DNA of 64,000 bases, taken from NCBI GenBank assembly GCA_963696395.1, contig CAVOJZ010000002.1, positions 296,347-360,346 of the forward strand. The letters are read 5' to 3'. Position 1 is the first letter of the stretch; each line of letters starts with the position of its first letter. The notes beneath the pieces are model-generated. The model saw only the letters and a list, made by a program, of their open reading frames with translations. It had not been told where the DNA came from and ran no database searches. This stretch comes from an uncultured bacterium (GTDB taxonomy: Bacteria; Patescibacteriota; Minisyncoccia; UBA6257; 2-01-FULL-56-20). Shown here one piece after another: positions 29,034-37,460 of this stretch. The position numbers and the translations under genes were made by a program.

Positions 29034-29064
29034 AAAAAGACCCGCGAACAATGCGCGCGGGTCT
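29034..29064. terminator. Hairpin terminator between convergent genes
   Basis: AGACCCGCG...CGCGGGTCT stem preceded by an A-run. Confidence 0.6.
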
Positions 29065-29077
29065 GTTAGAAAAAATC

Positions 29078-30169
29078 TTAAGGTGTGAATTCAACCGAGT
29101 TCAAGACGATCGGGGTGTCGCCCTGGAGCAGGTCAACCTGAATCGCCCCTTCGACGCCGTCCATATATTTCACGTCTCCACTTTTTTGAATCACCGCCGT
29201 TAATGTGACTTTATCCTCCGGGTCAACCCGAATGAAGAAATCATCAACGACGAGCGTGAGGACATACGACGAGCCCGGCGACAAAATGAAAGCATCCGGA
29301 GGAAGCGTCCATTTTACCCAGCACGTGTTATCGCCGTTGCAGACCGGACCGTGTTTTTGCGTCGCTCCAAGCGATTCGGTGATATTTATCCCGTTTGGAT
29401 CGACGAATTCCACGCGCGCGGCAAACAGCGGACCCGGTGCGTTACCACCGAAGGTAACTTTGAGCTCTGTCGGTGAAACGGCGCCGGCAGGATTCGCCAT
29501 AAGGGTCACCTGCGAGAAAGGATCGAAATTCAATCTCATCCGATTTTTTTTCTCGCCAAGACCTTCCGCTGAAACCAGCATAATGCTCCGCAGGATGGTT
29601 TGCGGCGCCCCTCGAGCATCAAGCAGGATCCTTGTTATCGGGCGTCCGTTCACATCGGTGACTGTCACAGCCTGATCGGGCTTTTGATTTCCCGGATCCC
29701 CTGTGACAGCAACTTCGAAATGGTCAACCTCCCCGTCAGTCATGTTCTGACCATAAGGAAGAACGTCAACACAAATCGATATCGGAATGAAAGCGTACGG
29801 TGGAATGACCGGCGGCTTCGGAAAATCTATGCGATACAGAAATCCGGGTTTTTTTCCGCCCGATTGGATTGGCTCTCCCGCAACCCCGATCAATTGGGAT
29901 TCCAGAAATGCCTGCATGTTTGTGACGTCGACTTGCTGCCCCGGCTTTTGATTCTTTTCAAAAACGTTCATCCCCTTGAGGAGTAAGCCCTCATATGTGT
30001 TGTTCTGCACTAAAAGCGTGAGAACTGTGTTTCCGGTGCTCCCCATCACAAGTTGACTGGCGGACGGTTCGTTAGGAACGGCCGTAACAGATAATTCCGG
30101 CTGAGCCACGGCCATGCTGGCTGTCACACAAAAGGCTGCAACGATCGCAAGCAATTTCAAACGTTTCAA
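29078..30169 (-). CDS. Secreted beta-rich hypothetical protein
   Basis: Signal peptide MKRLKLLAIVAAFCVTASMAVA; 363 aa open frame. Confidence 0.7.
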   Translation of the reverse strand: MKRLKLLAIVAAFCVTASMAVAQPELSVTAVPNEPSASQLVMGSTGNTVLTLLVQNNTYEGLLLKGMNVFEKNQKPGQQVDVTNMQAFLESQLIGVAGEPIQSGGKKPGFLYRIDFPKPPVIPPYAFIPISICVDVLPYGQNMTDGEVDHFEVAVTGDPGNQKPDQAVTVTDVNGRPITRILLDARGAPQTILRSIMLVSAEGLGEKKNRMRLNFDPFSQVTLMANPAGAVSPTELKVTFGGNAPGPLFAARVEFVDPNGINITESLGATQKHGPVCNGDNTCWVKWTLPPDAFILSPGSSYVLTLVVDDFFIRVDPEDKVTLTAVIQKSGDVKYMDGVEGAIQVDLLQGDTPIVLNSVEFTP

Positions 30170-30243
30170 TGGTCACCTTCTCTGGTTGAATTTTACAGAA
30201 CTGGACATAGTTTATCACAAAAAAGCCATTCTGGCAAATCAAC

Positions 30244-30419
30244 GCGGAGGCGGAAGGAAATCGAACGTCGCTCGAAGACTCGCTCCCTGAGAACCCTCGG
30301 TTCTCAGCCTCTCTCCTACACGGGAGGGGCAGCCTGCCCCTCCCGACCCCTCCCCTCGTTCGAATCCATCAGTTTCAGAAAACAAAAATGAACGAGACAA
30401 GCCCGTTCATTTTTGTTTT
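30244..30419 (-). repeat. Structured tRNA-downstream element with a duplicate of the tRNA-Ser(GCT) 3' end
   Basis: GCGGAGGCGGAAGGA at 30244-30258 is identical to 30420-30434; 16-bp perfect inverted repeat 30379-30394/30404-30419; core shared with 19339-19388. Confidence 0.8.
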
Positions 30420-30420
30420 G

Positions 30421-30507
30421 CGGAGGCGGAAGGATTCGAACCTTCGAGGGGATTTCTCCCCTAACATCTTAGCAGGATGCTGCCTTCAGCCACTCGGCCA
30501 CGCCTCC
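30421..30507 (-). tRNA. tRNA-Ser(GCT)
   Basis: GGAGGCG acceptor stem, GCATC-CTGCTAA-GATGT anticodon arm, long variable arm, T-arm GAAGG-TTCGAAT-CCTTC. Confidence 0.95.
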
Positions 30508-30540
30508 AAATTACCAGGTAAGGTTACCGCACGCGGGACA

Positions 30541-30571
30541 AAAAGAAAAGGCGGTCGGGGGTTCGACCGCC
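30541..30571 (-). terminator. Intrinsic terminator for the 30580-31107 ORF
   Basis: GGCGGTCG...CGACCGCC stem followed by a U-rich tract on the minus strand. Confidence 0.6.
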
Positions 30572-30579
30572 AGGAGAAC

Positions 30580-31107
30580 TTAGTGCCTGTGGCGTTTCAG
30601 CGCCTTTTGCTTTTTCAGATGCTTTTGGACGCTGCGCTTATCGTTTGCTTTCTTTTCGAAATCATCGATGAGCCTGTCCCACATCCTCGTGCCATTGATT
30701 TTTATGCCGAATTTGTGGAACGTTGAAATATAGTTTTGTCGGCTCAGTGCCCCTTCGCAATACCGCGAGTCAGGCGTCCGGCAATGGGTTTGCCCATGGC
30801 CATGGCGCATTTGTATAGCACTCGCAATCGTAGTCCAAAGAGGTTCTGCGGGATCAACGATGGTTTCGCCGGCGGAATCACGCAATTCGATCTGCCGGAC
30901 AACAACTGCGACGCCGAAAACACCTTCGTCTTCGCATTCTGGGTTTGAGCACTTTGCGGCTTTTTCAGCCGGCTCATAATTGAATTTGACTGTGAAGCGT
31001 ATTTTACCGTGCGCGAAGCGAACTTCCCGCGGGTAATCCACCATAGGGCTTGCTCCTCCTGCTACCTTCATTTTCCCGCAGTATTCGGATCGGTCAATGG
31101 TGCACAA
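30580..31107 (-). CDS. Hypothetical protein (Cys-containing, basic C-terminus)
   Basis: 175 aa ORF followed by a terminator; start uncertain. Confidence 0.5.
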   Translation of the reverse strand: MCTIDRSEYCGKMKVAGGASPMVDYPREVRFAHGKIRFTVKFNYEPAEKAAKCSNPECEDEGVFGVAVVVRQIELRDSAGETIVDPAEPLWTTIASAIQMRHGHGQTHCRTPDSRYCEGALSRQNYISTFHKFGIKINGTRMWDRLIDDFEKKANDKRSVQKHLKKQKALKRHRH

Positions 31108-31149
31108 CTTTAATGAAACAATTTTCAGCCCGTAAGCGTATGACTAGCA

Positions 31150-32070
31150 ATGAACCATTTCAAAGGCTTTTTAGCGGCATCGTTTTTCATCATCGGAATC
31201 CCGGTTTTTTCAGTTGTCCCGTCGGTTGTTCCGTCGGTCGCCCCGACAGCCGTTAATTCTGGCGTCGGTTCGAATACGTCGCTCAACTGGTCCGGCTACG
31301 TGGCGACTCAAGGGACGTTTACCTCGGTGAGCGGCACATGGAACGTTCCCTCGGTCACCGCCACCACGAACAATACGGCGGATGCGACTTGGGTTGGCAT
31401 CGGCGGTGTTTCAACCCACGACCTGATTCAAGCCGGAACCCAGGCTCTCACGGACCAGGGAGGAACCGTGACCTATGAGGCGTGGTACGAAACCTTGCCA
31501 CAAGACATGCAGTCGGTGCCGCTCCCAATTCACGCGGGTGATTCAATCGGTGTCTCCATCTCGCAAGCGGCGCCTTTGACATCCTCGCCGACCGTTTGGC
31601 AGATTTCATTCATTGACCACACGACCGGAGGAACGTATACGACAAACGTAAGTTACAACTCATCATTTTCATCCGCGGAATGGGTCGAAGAGATGCCGAC
31701 GGCGAACATTGGCTTCATTCCGCTCGACAACTTTGGCGCAATCTCATTCACCGACGGCTCGGCAGTCGTTGACGGAGCTTCGGCCACCATCGCGGGAGCC
31801 AATGCGCAACCGATAAGCATGATCACGCAAGCCGGCGAAACGCTTGCGACCCCGTCAGCTCTCGGCAGCGATGGAGCGAGTTTTACGATAACGCGGACAA
31901 ACGCCGTTTCAACAGCGCCGTCTGCAGGCCGCAACCCTCACTATTTTGTCCGGGGCGCATACCGTCGCACGGGGATAGCCGTGAGCAACGGGACGATTCC
32001 GACGGCGGCGTTCCCGTGGTTCCGGTTCTTTTCCACCCGCTTCGGCAATTTAAAAGTTTTCCACTACTAA
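31150..32070 (+). CDS. Secreted glutamic peptidase, family G1 (eqolisin-like)
   Basis: SLNWSGY, TWVGIGG, LIQAGT (catalytic Q), AWYE, SAEWVEE (catalytic E). Confidence 0.88.
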   Translation: MNHFKGFLAASFFIIGIPVFSVVPSVVPSVAPTAVNSGVGSNTSLNWSGYVATQGTFTSVSGTWNVPSVTATTNNTADATWVGIGGVSTHDLIQAGTQALTDQGGTVTYEAWYETLPQDMQSVPLPIHAGDSIGVSISQAAPLTSSPTVWQISFIDHTTGGTYTTNVSYNSSFSSAEWVEEMPTANIGFIPLDNFGAISFTDGSAVVDGASATIAGANAQPISMITQAGETLATPSALGSDGASFTITRTNAVSTAPSAGRNPHYFVRGAYRRTGIAVSNGTIPTAAFPWFRFFSTRFGNLKVFHY

Positions 32071-32100
32071 GGCGCCACGTTCCGCAGTATAATAGTAGGC

Positions 32101-32502
32101 ATGCTGAAAGGCTTCCGAGAGTTTATCCTGCGCGGAAACGTCATTGACCTTGCCGTTGGTATTATGGTTGGCGCCGCATTCAATAGCGTTGTGACGGCGC
32201 TCGTGAAAGACCTCATGACCCCGCTTATTGCGGCGGTTGCAACCCAGCCAAATTTTTCGGCACTCACCTTTACCATCCGCGGCAGCCAGTTTTCTTACGG
32301 AGATTTTTTGAATAATCTGATTTCATTCTTGATTCTTGCCGCAACGATCTATTTCTTCATCGTCCTGCCCGTCAATAAATTGAACGAACGAATGCATAAG
32401 GGGCCGCCGCCGGAAGCGACGACAAAGACGTGCCCCGAGTGTCTTTCAAACATTCCCATCAAGGCGACGCGCTGCGCTTACTGCACGGCAAAATTAGCTT
32501 AG
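32101..32502 (+). CDS. mscL: Large-conductance mechanosensitive channel
   Basis: FREFILRGNVIDLAVG..VGAAF, YGDFL...ISF; C-terminal CxxC...CxxC. Confidence 0.95.
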   Translation: MLKGFREFILRGNVIDLAVGIMVGAAFNSVVTALVKDLMTPLIAAVATQPNFSALTFTIRGSQFSYGDFLNNLISFLILAATIYFFIVLPVNKLNERMHKGPPPEATTKTCPECLSNIPIKATRCAYCTAKLA

Positions 32503-32531
32503 AGCCCGAATTCCTGATATAATAGAGGTCT

Positions 32532-34337
32532 ATGGCAGTACCTCCTCGATCACCCGCACCAAGGGCGGCCCTTACCCGCGAAACCTTTTTCGAGGGCGCC
32601 CGCGTCATCAAGAACCAGCTTGTTCCGCACAAGCGCCTTTTGATTATCCTCTCCATTCTCGGACTTCTCGACGCAACGGCACAGGCATTCGTTCCGCTAA
32701 TTTCCGGAAAAGTGTTTGACGCCGTGATCGGTATCGCGCGCAACAATCTTACACCACTCACCCCGATCTTTACGCTCATCGGCGTCTGGCTTGCCCTGCA
32801 GGTGACGGACAACATCGTGAGCTGGCGCACCGGATTCAGCAACGATAAATTAAGCACAAACCTCGGCGCCGAGTACACGGCCAACGCATTCGGGAAAGTG
32901 CTCGAGATGCCGTTGTCATTCCACACCACCCAGAAGCAAGGCGACGTAAATGATCGCATCACCCGTGCGGGCAATTGGATCGACAATATCGTGGGCAACG
33001 TCCTCCTCACACTCCTCCCCAATTTTTTGAGCGTCATCGTCGCGCTCGTCATTACTTCTTTTATTAACTGGCGACTCACTATTATCCTCATCGTTGCCAT
33101 CGCGATTTATGTATTCATTTTGTGGAGCGCCATTCCCCGCCTCGCCGCACTCCAGCGAAAAATGAACCGCGCCTACAACCAGGCCGGCGGCAACGTTTTC
33201 GATATCATGGGCAATATCCGCGAGATTAAACAGGCGGCAACGGAAGAGAAAGAACAAAAACAGATACGCACCGATTTCGTCCGTCGCGCGGCGAAATTCT
33301 GGATAGACATGGACAACGTCGCGCAAGGTCTCAGCTTTGCGCAGAAAATCGTTGTCACGCTCACCCAGCTCACAATCTTCGTTATCTCAATTTTCCTCGT
33401 GCGCGACGGAACTATAACACCCGGGCAACTTGTTGCATTCAACGCCTACGCTGCAATGATTCTCGGCCCGTTCGTCATGCTCGGCCAGCAATGGCAGATG
33501 GTGCAAAACGGGCTTGTCTCCATCGCGCGCGCGGAAAAAATTCTCAGTTACCCCACGGAAGTGTACGAGCCGAAAAATGCCACCGTTCCGCAAAAGCTCA
33601 ATGGCAGTGTCATCTTCGATAACGTCCGCTTCTCATACAAAGGCGGCCGCGAGATCTTGCGCGGAGCTTCCTTCGCTGTCCGTCCCGGAGAAAAAGTTGC
33701 GCTCGTCGGTGAATCGGGCATGGGCAAGACAACCATCATAGACCTGCTCTCCGGGTTTTATTTCCCCAATAAAGGCAAAATCCTGGTTGACGGCACGGAC
33801 ATCCGCCGGATGGACTTGCAGGCATACCGATCAAAGATCGGCATTGTCCCGCAGGAGCCCACGCTCTTTAACGACACGATCGAGGCTAACCTCCGCTACG
33901 GCAACAGCAAAAAAACACGCGAACAGATGGTTGACGCGGCGCGCGAAGCGCACGCGGAAAACTTCATCGAGGGGTTTCCGCGAAAATATAAGCAGGTTGT
34001 CGGCTGGCGCGGCGTAAAACTTTCCATCGGGCAAAAACAGCGTATTGCCCTCGCGCGCGCATTTCTCCGTAACCCGGACATCCTCGTGCTCGACGAGCCC
34101 ACGTCGGCGCTCGACGCGCATTCGGAACATCTCATTAAAGAATCATTAAAAAAGTTGATGGCCGGGCGAACCACGTTCATCATCGCACACCGCCTTTCAA
34201 CCGTCCGCGAAGCCGACAAAATACTTGTCATCAAAGACGGCATCGTCGCCGAACAAGGCAATCATCGCGAACTCATCGCCATCCCCGGCGGCGCGTACCG
34301 GATGCTCTACGAACTGCAAACCGGATTCACGGGGTAA
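32532..34337 (+). CDS. ABC exporter, fused permease + ATPase
   Basis: TM domain, GESGMGKT, LSIGQKQR, LVLDEPT, IAHRLST. Confidence 0.93.
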   Translation: MAVPPRSPAPRAALTRETFFEGARVIKNQLVPHKRLLIILSILGLLDATAQAFVPLISGKVFDAVIGIARNNLTPLTPIFTLIGVWLALQVTDNIVSWRTGFSNDKLSTNLGAEYTANAFGKVLEMPLSFHTTQKQGDVNDRITRAGNWIDNIVGNVLLTLLPNFLSVIVALVITSFINWRLTIILIVAIAIYVFILWSAIPRLAALQRKMNRAYNQAGGNVFDIMGNIREIKQAATEEKEQKQIRTDFVRRAAKFWIDMDNVAQGLSFAQKIVVTLTQLTIFVISIFLVRDGTITPGQLVAFNAYAAMILGPFVMLGQQWQMVQNGLVSIARAEKILSYPTEVYEPKNATVPQKLNGSVIFDNVRFSYKGGREILRGASFAVRPGEKVALVGESGMGKTTIIDLLSGFYFPNKGKILVDGTDIRRMDLQAYRSKIGIVPQEPTLFNDTIEANLRYGNSKKTREQMVDAAREAHAENFIEGFPRKYKQVVGWRGVKLSIGQKQRIALARAFLRNPDILVLDEPTSALDAHSEHLIKESLKKLMAGRTTFIIAHRLSTVREADKILVIKDGIVAEQGNHRELIAIPGGAYRMLYELQTGFTG

Positions 34338-34407
34338 GTCTGGGCACAGGCGTGGACAGCTTTCGAACGATTTTGTGGTGTAATATGGCTCGCTAGATTA
34401 CACCCCC

Positions 34408-34764
34408 TCACCCAGTAGATACTTGCTTTGGCTCGCGCCAAATATTCAGATACCAATAGATCGGCATTGCAACTACGTTGCCGAACAACAAAAGTATAAC
34501 CCACAACACTTTCTTTTCTTGTGGAAGTCGTTTATTCGCAAAGAGATCTTTGACGAATATGACGAGTAGGACAATTATAAGAATCCAAGCAAATATATCC
34601 ATCCCAATGAAGTAAAGGAATTCTGGCGGTGGTGCGGATGTGTTCGAGGGTTGCTGCGGAACTGTCGTAGCAACAAAGATGAATAGAACAAAAAATACCG
34701 GCAGCATTATAACGGGCAAAATCGATAGTACCCCCAAGAGGATTTTTCTCCGCTTCGACCTCAT
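34408..34764 (-). CDS. Small 3-TM membrane protein (PLDc_N-like C-terminal half)
   Basis: D.F.N......K.LW...LLFGN..AMP.YWY..IW pattern; lies between R1 and R2. Confidence 0.7.
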   Translation of the reverse strand: MRSKRRKILLGVLSILPVIMLPVFFVLFIFVATTVPQQPSNTSAPPPEFLYFIGMDIFAWILIIVLLVIFVKDLFANKRLPQEKKVLWVILLLFGNVVAMPIYWYLNIWREPKQVSTG

Positions 34765-34863
34765 GAACTCAGTATAGCATTTGATTTGTGTGTAACGTTT
34801 CGCGGAGAAATCTTGTTCCCCGCACAGGGCTGGACGATGTTCGAACAGTTTTGATACTCAAAG

Positions 34864-34887
34864 AAAAACGCCTCATTGCTGAGGCGT
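34864..34887 (-). terminator. Terminator of the cassette PRTase gene
   Basis: ACGCCTCA-TTGC-TGAGGCGT stem with an A-run on its left (U-tract on the minus strand). Confidence 0.65.
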
Positions 34888-34900
34888 AAGCTGTTCTGGC

Positions 34901-35275
34901 CTATTTCTTTCGATCAACCCAGTCAGCTTGCTGATACATGGGACAGATCCACGACGGGCACGCGCCCCTCGCAAAAATAACAATGCCGATCGCGTTTAGA
35001 CCGAATTTTCGCCGTGCGGTTTCCATTGAAGCTCCCGTAGTGAGCACGTCGTCAACGATGAGGATTTGAGAGCTCTCGGATTTGTATTTTTCGAGTGCTT
35101 TCGCAAAACGTAACCCTCCACTCGGGATTCCGTACACCGTACCGAACTTGAATGTCTTAGCAACGACCGAGGCAAAGGTTTCGATTATCTCGTCGCTCAA
35201 TGCATCGCAGTCGATTTTGAACGAAAGGTCTTTGCCAGCGTGGGAAACAAAATGCTTACTTACAAACAAATCCAT
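34901..35275 (-). CDS. Minimal type I phosphoribosyltransferase-domain protein
   Basis: GIPSGG and ILIVDDVLTTGASM PRPP-binding loop; AAGGAG upstream of ATG 35275; lies between R2 and R3. Confidence 0.85.
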   Translation of the reverse strand: MDLFVSKHFVSHAGKDLSFKIDCDALSDEIIETFASVVAKTFKFGTVYGIPSGGLRFAKALEKYKSESSQILIVDDVLTTGASMETARRKFGLNAIGIVIFARGACPSWICPMYQQADWVDRKK

Positions 35276-35399
35276 ACCCAACTCCTTCAGTGTTCTGCGT
35301 CATATGATACCTATCAATCTTCGATAAATCAAACTGCATGCGAAGATCTGGACGATGTTCGAATAATTTTGATACCATGAGACTAGGAAAGGAGTTTAT

Positions 35400-35654
35400 A
35401 TGCAAGGAATTGGCGGAACGGGTCTTTATGGTAAAGAAAGAACGCTTGCCGCTGCCCTAAGAGCTGACCGGCAGACTCTCAAAAATGCGCCTCTTGGGCC
35501 ACGTCAACGACGGGAGCATGAGAAGCGGGTCGCCGAAACTCAAGCAGGGTTGAAATCTGTTCGCGCAGAAATTCGTGCGGCTAAGGCAAAGGCGAGAATT
35601 GATGCTGGGATAGGAGATACGCGCACCCTCTTGCATCACGAGTTTCCAGACTAG
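35400..35654 (+). CDS. Small basic helical hypothetical protein
   Basis: AAAGGAG SD upstream of the ATG; 84 aa; lies between R3 and R4. Confidence 0.65.
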   Translation: MQGIGGTGLYGKERTLAAALRADRQTLKNAPLGPRQRREHEKRVAETQAGLKSVRAEIRAAKAKARIDAGIGDTRTLLHHEFPD

Positions 35655-35677
35655 ACTTCTCTCAGTTGGAGGCGAAA

Positions 35678-35809
35678 ATGTGTTGGCGAGACGACGTTGT
35701 GATGAGCCGCATTTACATAACGTGCAAGCAAAAATACTATGGCGATCTTGGACATAGAAATTGTCCGGGATCGCCTAAGAAGCGAAAGAAGAAAAACAGA
35801 AAGCGTTAA
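35678..35809 (+). CDS. 43-aa Cys/His-containing peptide with a Lys/Arg tail
   Basis: Own translation MCWRDDVVMSRIYITCKQKYYGDLGHRNCPGSPKKRKKKNRKR; GGAGG at 35668-35672; terminator follows. Confidence 0.5.
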   Translation: MCWRDDVVMSRIYITCKQKYYGDLGHRNCPGSPKKRKKKNRKR

Positions 35810-35831
35810 GCTTTACCGCAATCGGGAATAT

Positions 35832-35860
35832 GCGCCGGCGTAAGAGTCGGCGCTTTTTTT
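35832..35860 (+). terminator. Intrinsic terminator
   Basis: GCGCCGGC-GTAAGA-GTCGGCGC followed by T7, ending just before R4. Confidence 0.8.
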
Positions 35861-35890
35861 GTGCACAGGACTGGATTCGAACAACACGAA

Positions 35891-36460
35891 CTATAAGCTC
35901 GCTTCACCGCCGGAGCTTTGCACTAATCGAGTGCTGTAGAGCAGTTCTCGGCTTTGTTTGAGCAGCCAGTGCACGAGCAGGGCTGAAAGGATGCCGACAA
36001 CAGCGCCACCGATGATATCAAGCGGCCAATGGACACCGACATAGATCCGGGCAATGCCGTTCACGAGGGCAAATATGAAAAACCAGACTCCCCACTTCCG
36101 ATTGATATACCAGATCGTCATCGCCATCGCAAAAAACCATGCGGCGTGGCCGGAAGGAAATGACCAACCGGATTCGCTGATAAGCGGCATGAAGTTATAG
36201 AAGGAAAACGGCCGCTCGTGGTGATAGAAAAAACGAATAATTTCGGTGACGATGCCCCGCGAAACGATGATCGCCATTGCCCCTTCGGCAAACCAGTAGA
36301 GCTTGCGGCGCCATCCGCTCTGGCTCAGGATTAAAATTAAAAATCCCACTACTAAAAAGTATGGGAGCCATTGCGCAAGAAAGATACCGAGTCCGTCGAG
36401 CCACATGCTTCGCCCGACAAAGTTATGAAACCACAAAAAAAGCGATTGGTTAAAGGACAT
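35891..36460 (-). CDS. PAP2-family membrane phosphatase (undecaprenyl-PP phosphatase-like)
   Basis: RPF, SFPSGH, ARIYVGVHWPLDI. Confidence 0.92.
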   Translation of the reverse strand: MSFNQSLFLWFHNFVGRSMWLDGLGIFLAQWLPYFLVVGFLILILSQSGWRRKLYWFAEGAMAIIVSRGIVTEIIRFFYHHERPFSFYNFMPLISESGWSFPSGHAAWFFAMAMTIWYINRKWGVWFFIFALVNGIARIYVGVHWPLDIIGGAVVGILSALLVHWLLKQSRELLYSTRLVQSSGGEASL

Positions 36461-36484
36461 TCTTTCAGTGTACCGCAAAAAACG

Positions 36485-36688
36485 CTATTTGCGCACGTAA
36501 GGCAGGAGCCCCATGAACCGGGCGCGCTTGATGGCAAGCGCAAGCTTTCGCTGATGTTTGGCGCAGATGCTCGTATGCCGTGGGTCGATGATCTTCGCCT
36601 GGCTCGAAACAAAACGCCGCAGGAGTTCAATCTCCTTGTAATCAATATTCTTTAAGTTCTGCGAGCAGAAAAAGCACTGTTGGGACAT
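36485..36688 (-). CDS. rpsR: 30S ribosomal protein S18 (zinc-binding form)
   Basis: CFFC, IDYK, KI..R.T..CAKHQR.LA.AIKRAR..GLLPY. Confidence 0.96.
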   Translation of the reverse strand: MSQQCFFCSQNLKNIDYKEIELLRRFVSSQAKIIDPRHTSICAKHQRKLALAIKRARFMGLLPYVRK

Positions 36689-36697
36689 AATATTGTT

Positions 36698-37270
36698 TTA
36701 TACTTTTCTTACCTGGAGCGAATCGAGCTCCACGGCGGTATCGCGACCGAAGATCGGGACGAGAACCTTGATGCTCCCCTTCTCTTCGTTGACTTCCGCA
36801 ATCTTTCCGTCATATTCCTTAAACGGACCGTCGGTTATTTTTACCAGATCACCCACCTTCAGGTCAAGCGTCATCTTGCTCTCGTCGCGACCGGTGCGGG
36901 CGAGGAGCAAATCAACCTCATCCTTTGAAAGCGGCGTCGGCGTTGTATTGTCCGGGCCAACGAATCCGGTGACGCGCGGCGTGTTGCGCACGACATACCA
37001 GGAATCCTCGGTCAGGATCATTTCAACCAGCACGTAGCCCGGATAAATTTTTTCCTCCACGGTCTGGCGCTTGCCGCCTTTCACCTTGATGGTTTTCTCC
37101 TTCGGCACAAGCACGTTAAAAATCTTATCGCCCATCGTGAGCGACTCAACGCGCTGTTTCAGGTAACGCGCGACAGCCTCTTCGTAGCCCGAATAGGTCT
37201 GCACAGCATACCATTGGCGAAGCTGGGGCTTTTCATTTTGCGAACCGGAGCGAGGATTGGAAAGTGCCAT
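36698..37270 (-). CDS. nusG: Transcription factor NusG
   Basis: WYAVQTYSGYE, YPGYVLVEM, VRNTPRVTGFVG, KOW domain. Confidence 0.97.
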   Translation of the reverse strand: MALSNPRSGSQNEKPQLRQWYAVQTYSGYEEAVARYLKQRVESLTMGDKIFNVLVPKEKTIKVKGGKRQTVEEKIYPGYVLVEMILTEDSWYVVRNTPRVTGFVGPDNTTPTPLSKDEVDLLLARTGRDESKMTLDLKVGDLVKITDGPFKEYDGKIAEVNEEKGSIKVLVPIFGRDTAVELDSLQVRKV

Positions 37271-37271
37271 G

Positions 37272-37460
37272 TTATTTTATGACGATCGTTCGGATGATAT
37301 AGGTGAAAATATAATCGCACGCGCCGAGAAATACGGCGAGCGATAGCGAAATGCCGATCACGATGCCTGTGAGCCGGGTTGCCTCCTGGCGAGTCGGCCA
37401 GTTAACGTGGCGCAGCTCGGTTCGGGATTCAGAAAAAAAGCGTTTGATTCGTTCGAACAT
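37272..37460 (-). CDS. secE: Preprotein translocase SecE
   Basis: EL.HVNWPTR.E motif plus a TM helix; upstream of nusG. Confidence 0.93.
   Translation of the reverse strand: MFERIKRFFSESRTELRHVNWPTRQEATRLTGIVIGISLSLAVFLGACDYIFTYIIRTIVIK

Larger units (their letters stand above)
34341..35885. mobile_element. Putative cassette array delimited by four tRNA-T-arm-related direct repeats (R1 34344-34375, R2 34822-34857, R3 35340-35375, R4 35863-35882)
   Basis: Consensus GCACAGG-NNT-GGA-[N5]-TTCGAA(C/T)-NNTTTTG; spacing 478/518/523 bp; each interval holds complete small genes. Confidence 0.6.

Noticed and set aside
34341-35885. R1-R4 as a CRISPR array or as classical integron attC sites
   Set aside because: The intervals are ~500 bp and contain genes, the repeats are degenerate and no cas genes are present. 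The sites also lack the RYYYAAC...GTTRRRY ends and long imperfect hairpin of attC, and there is no intI.
35861-35960. A complete tRNA at R4
   Set aside because: Only the T-loop-to-acceptor 3' part is present; upstream on the minus strand is the PAP2 coding end, with no D or anticodon arm
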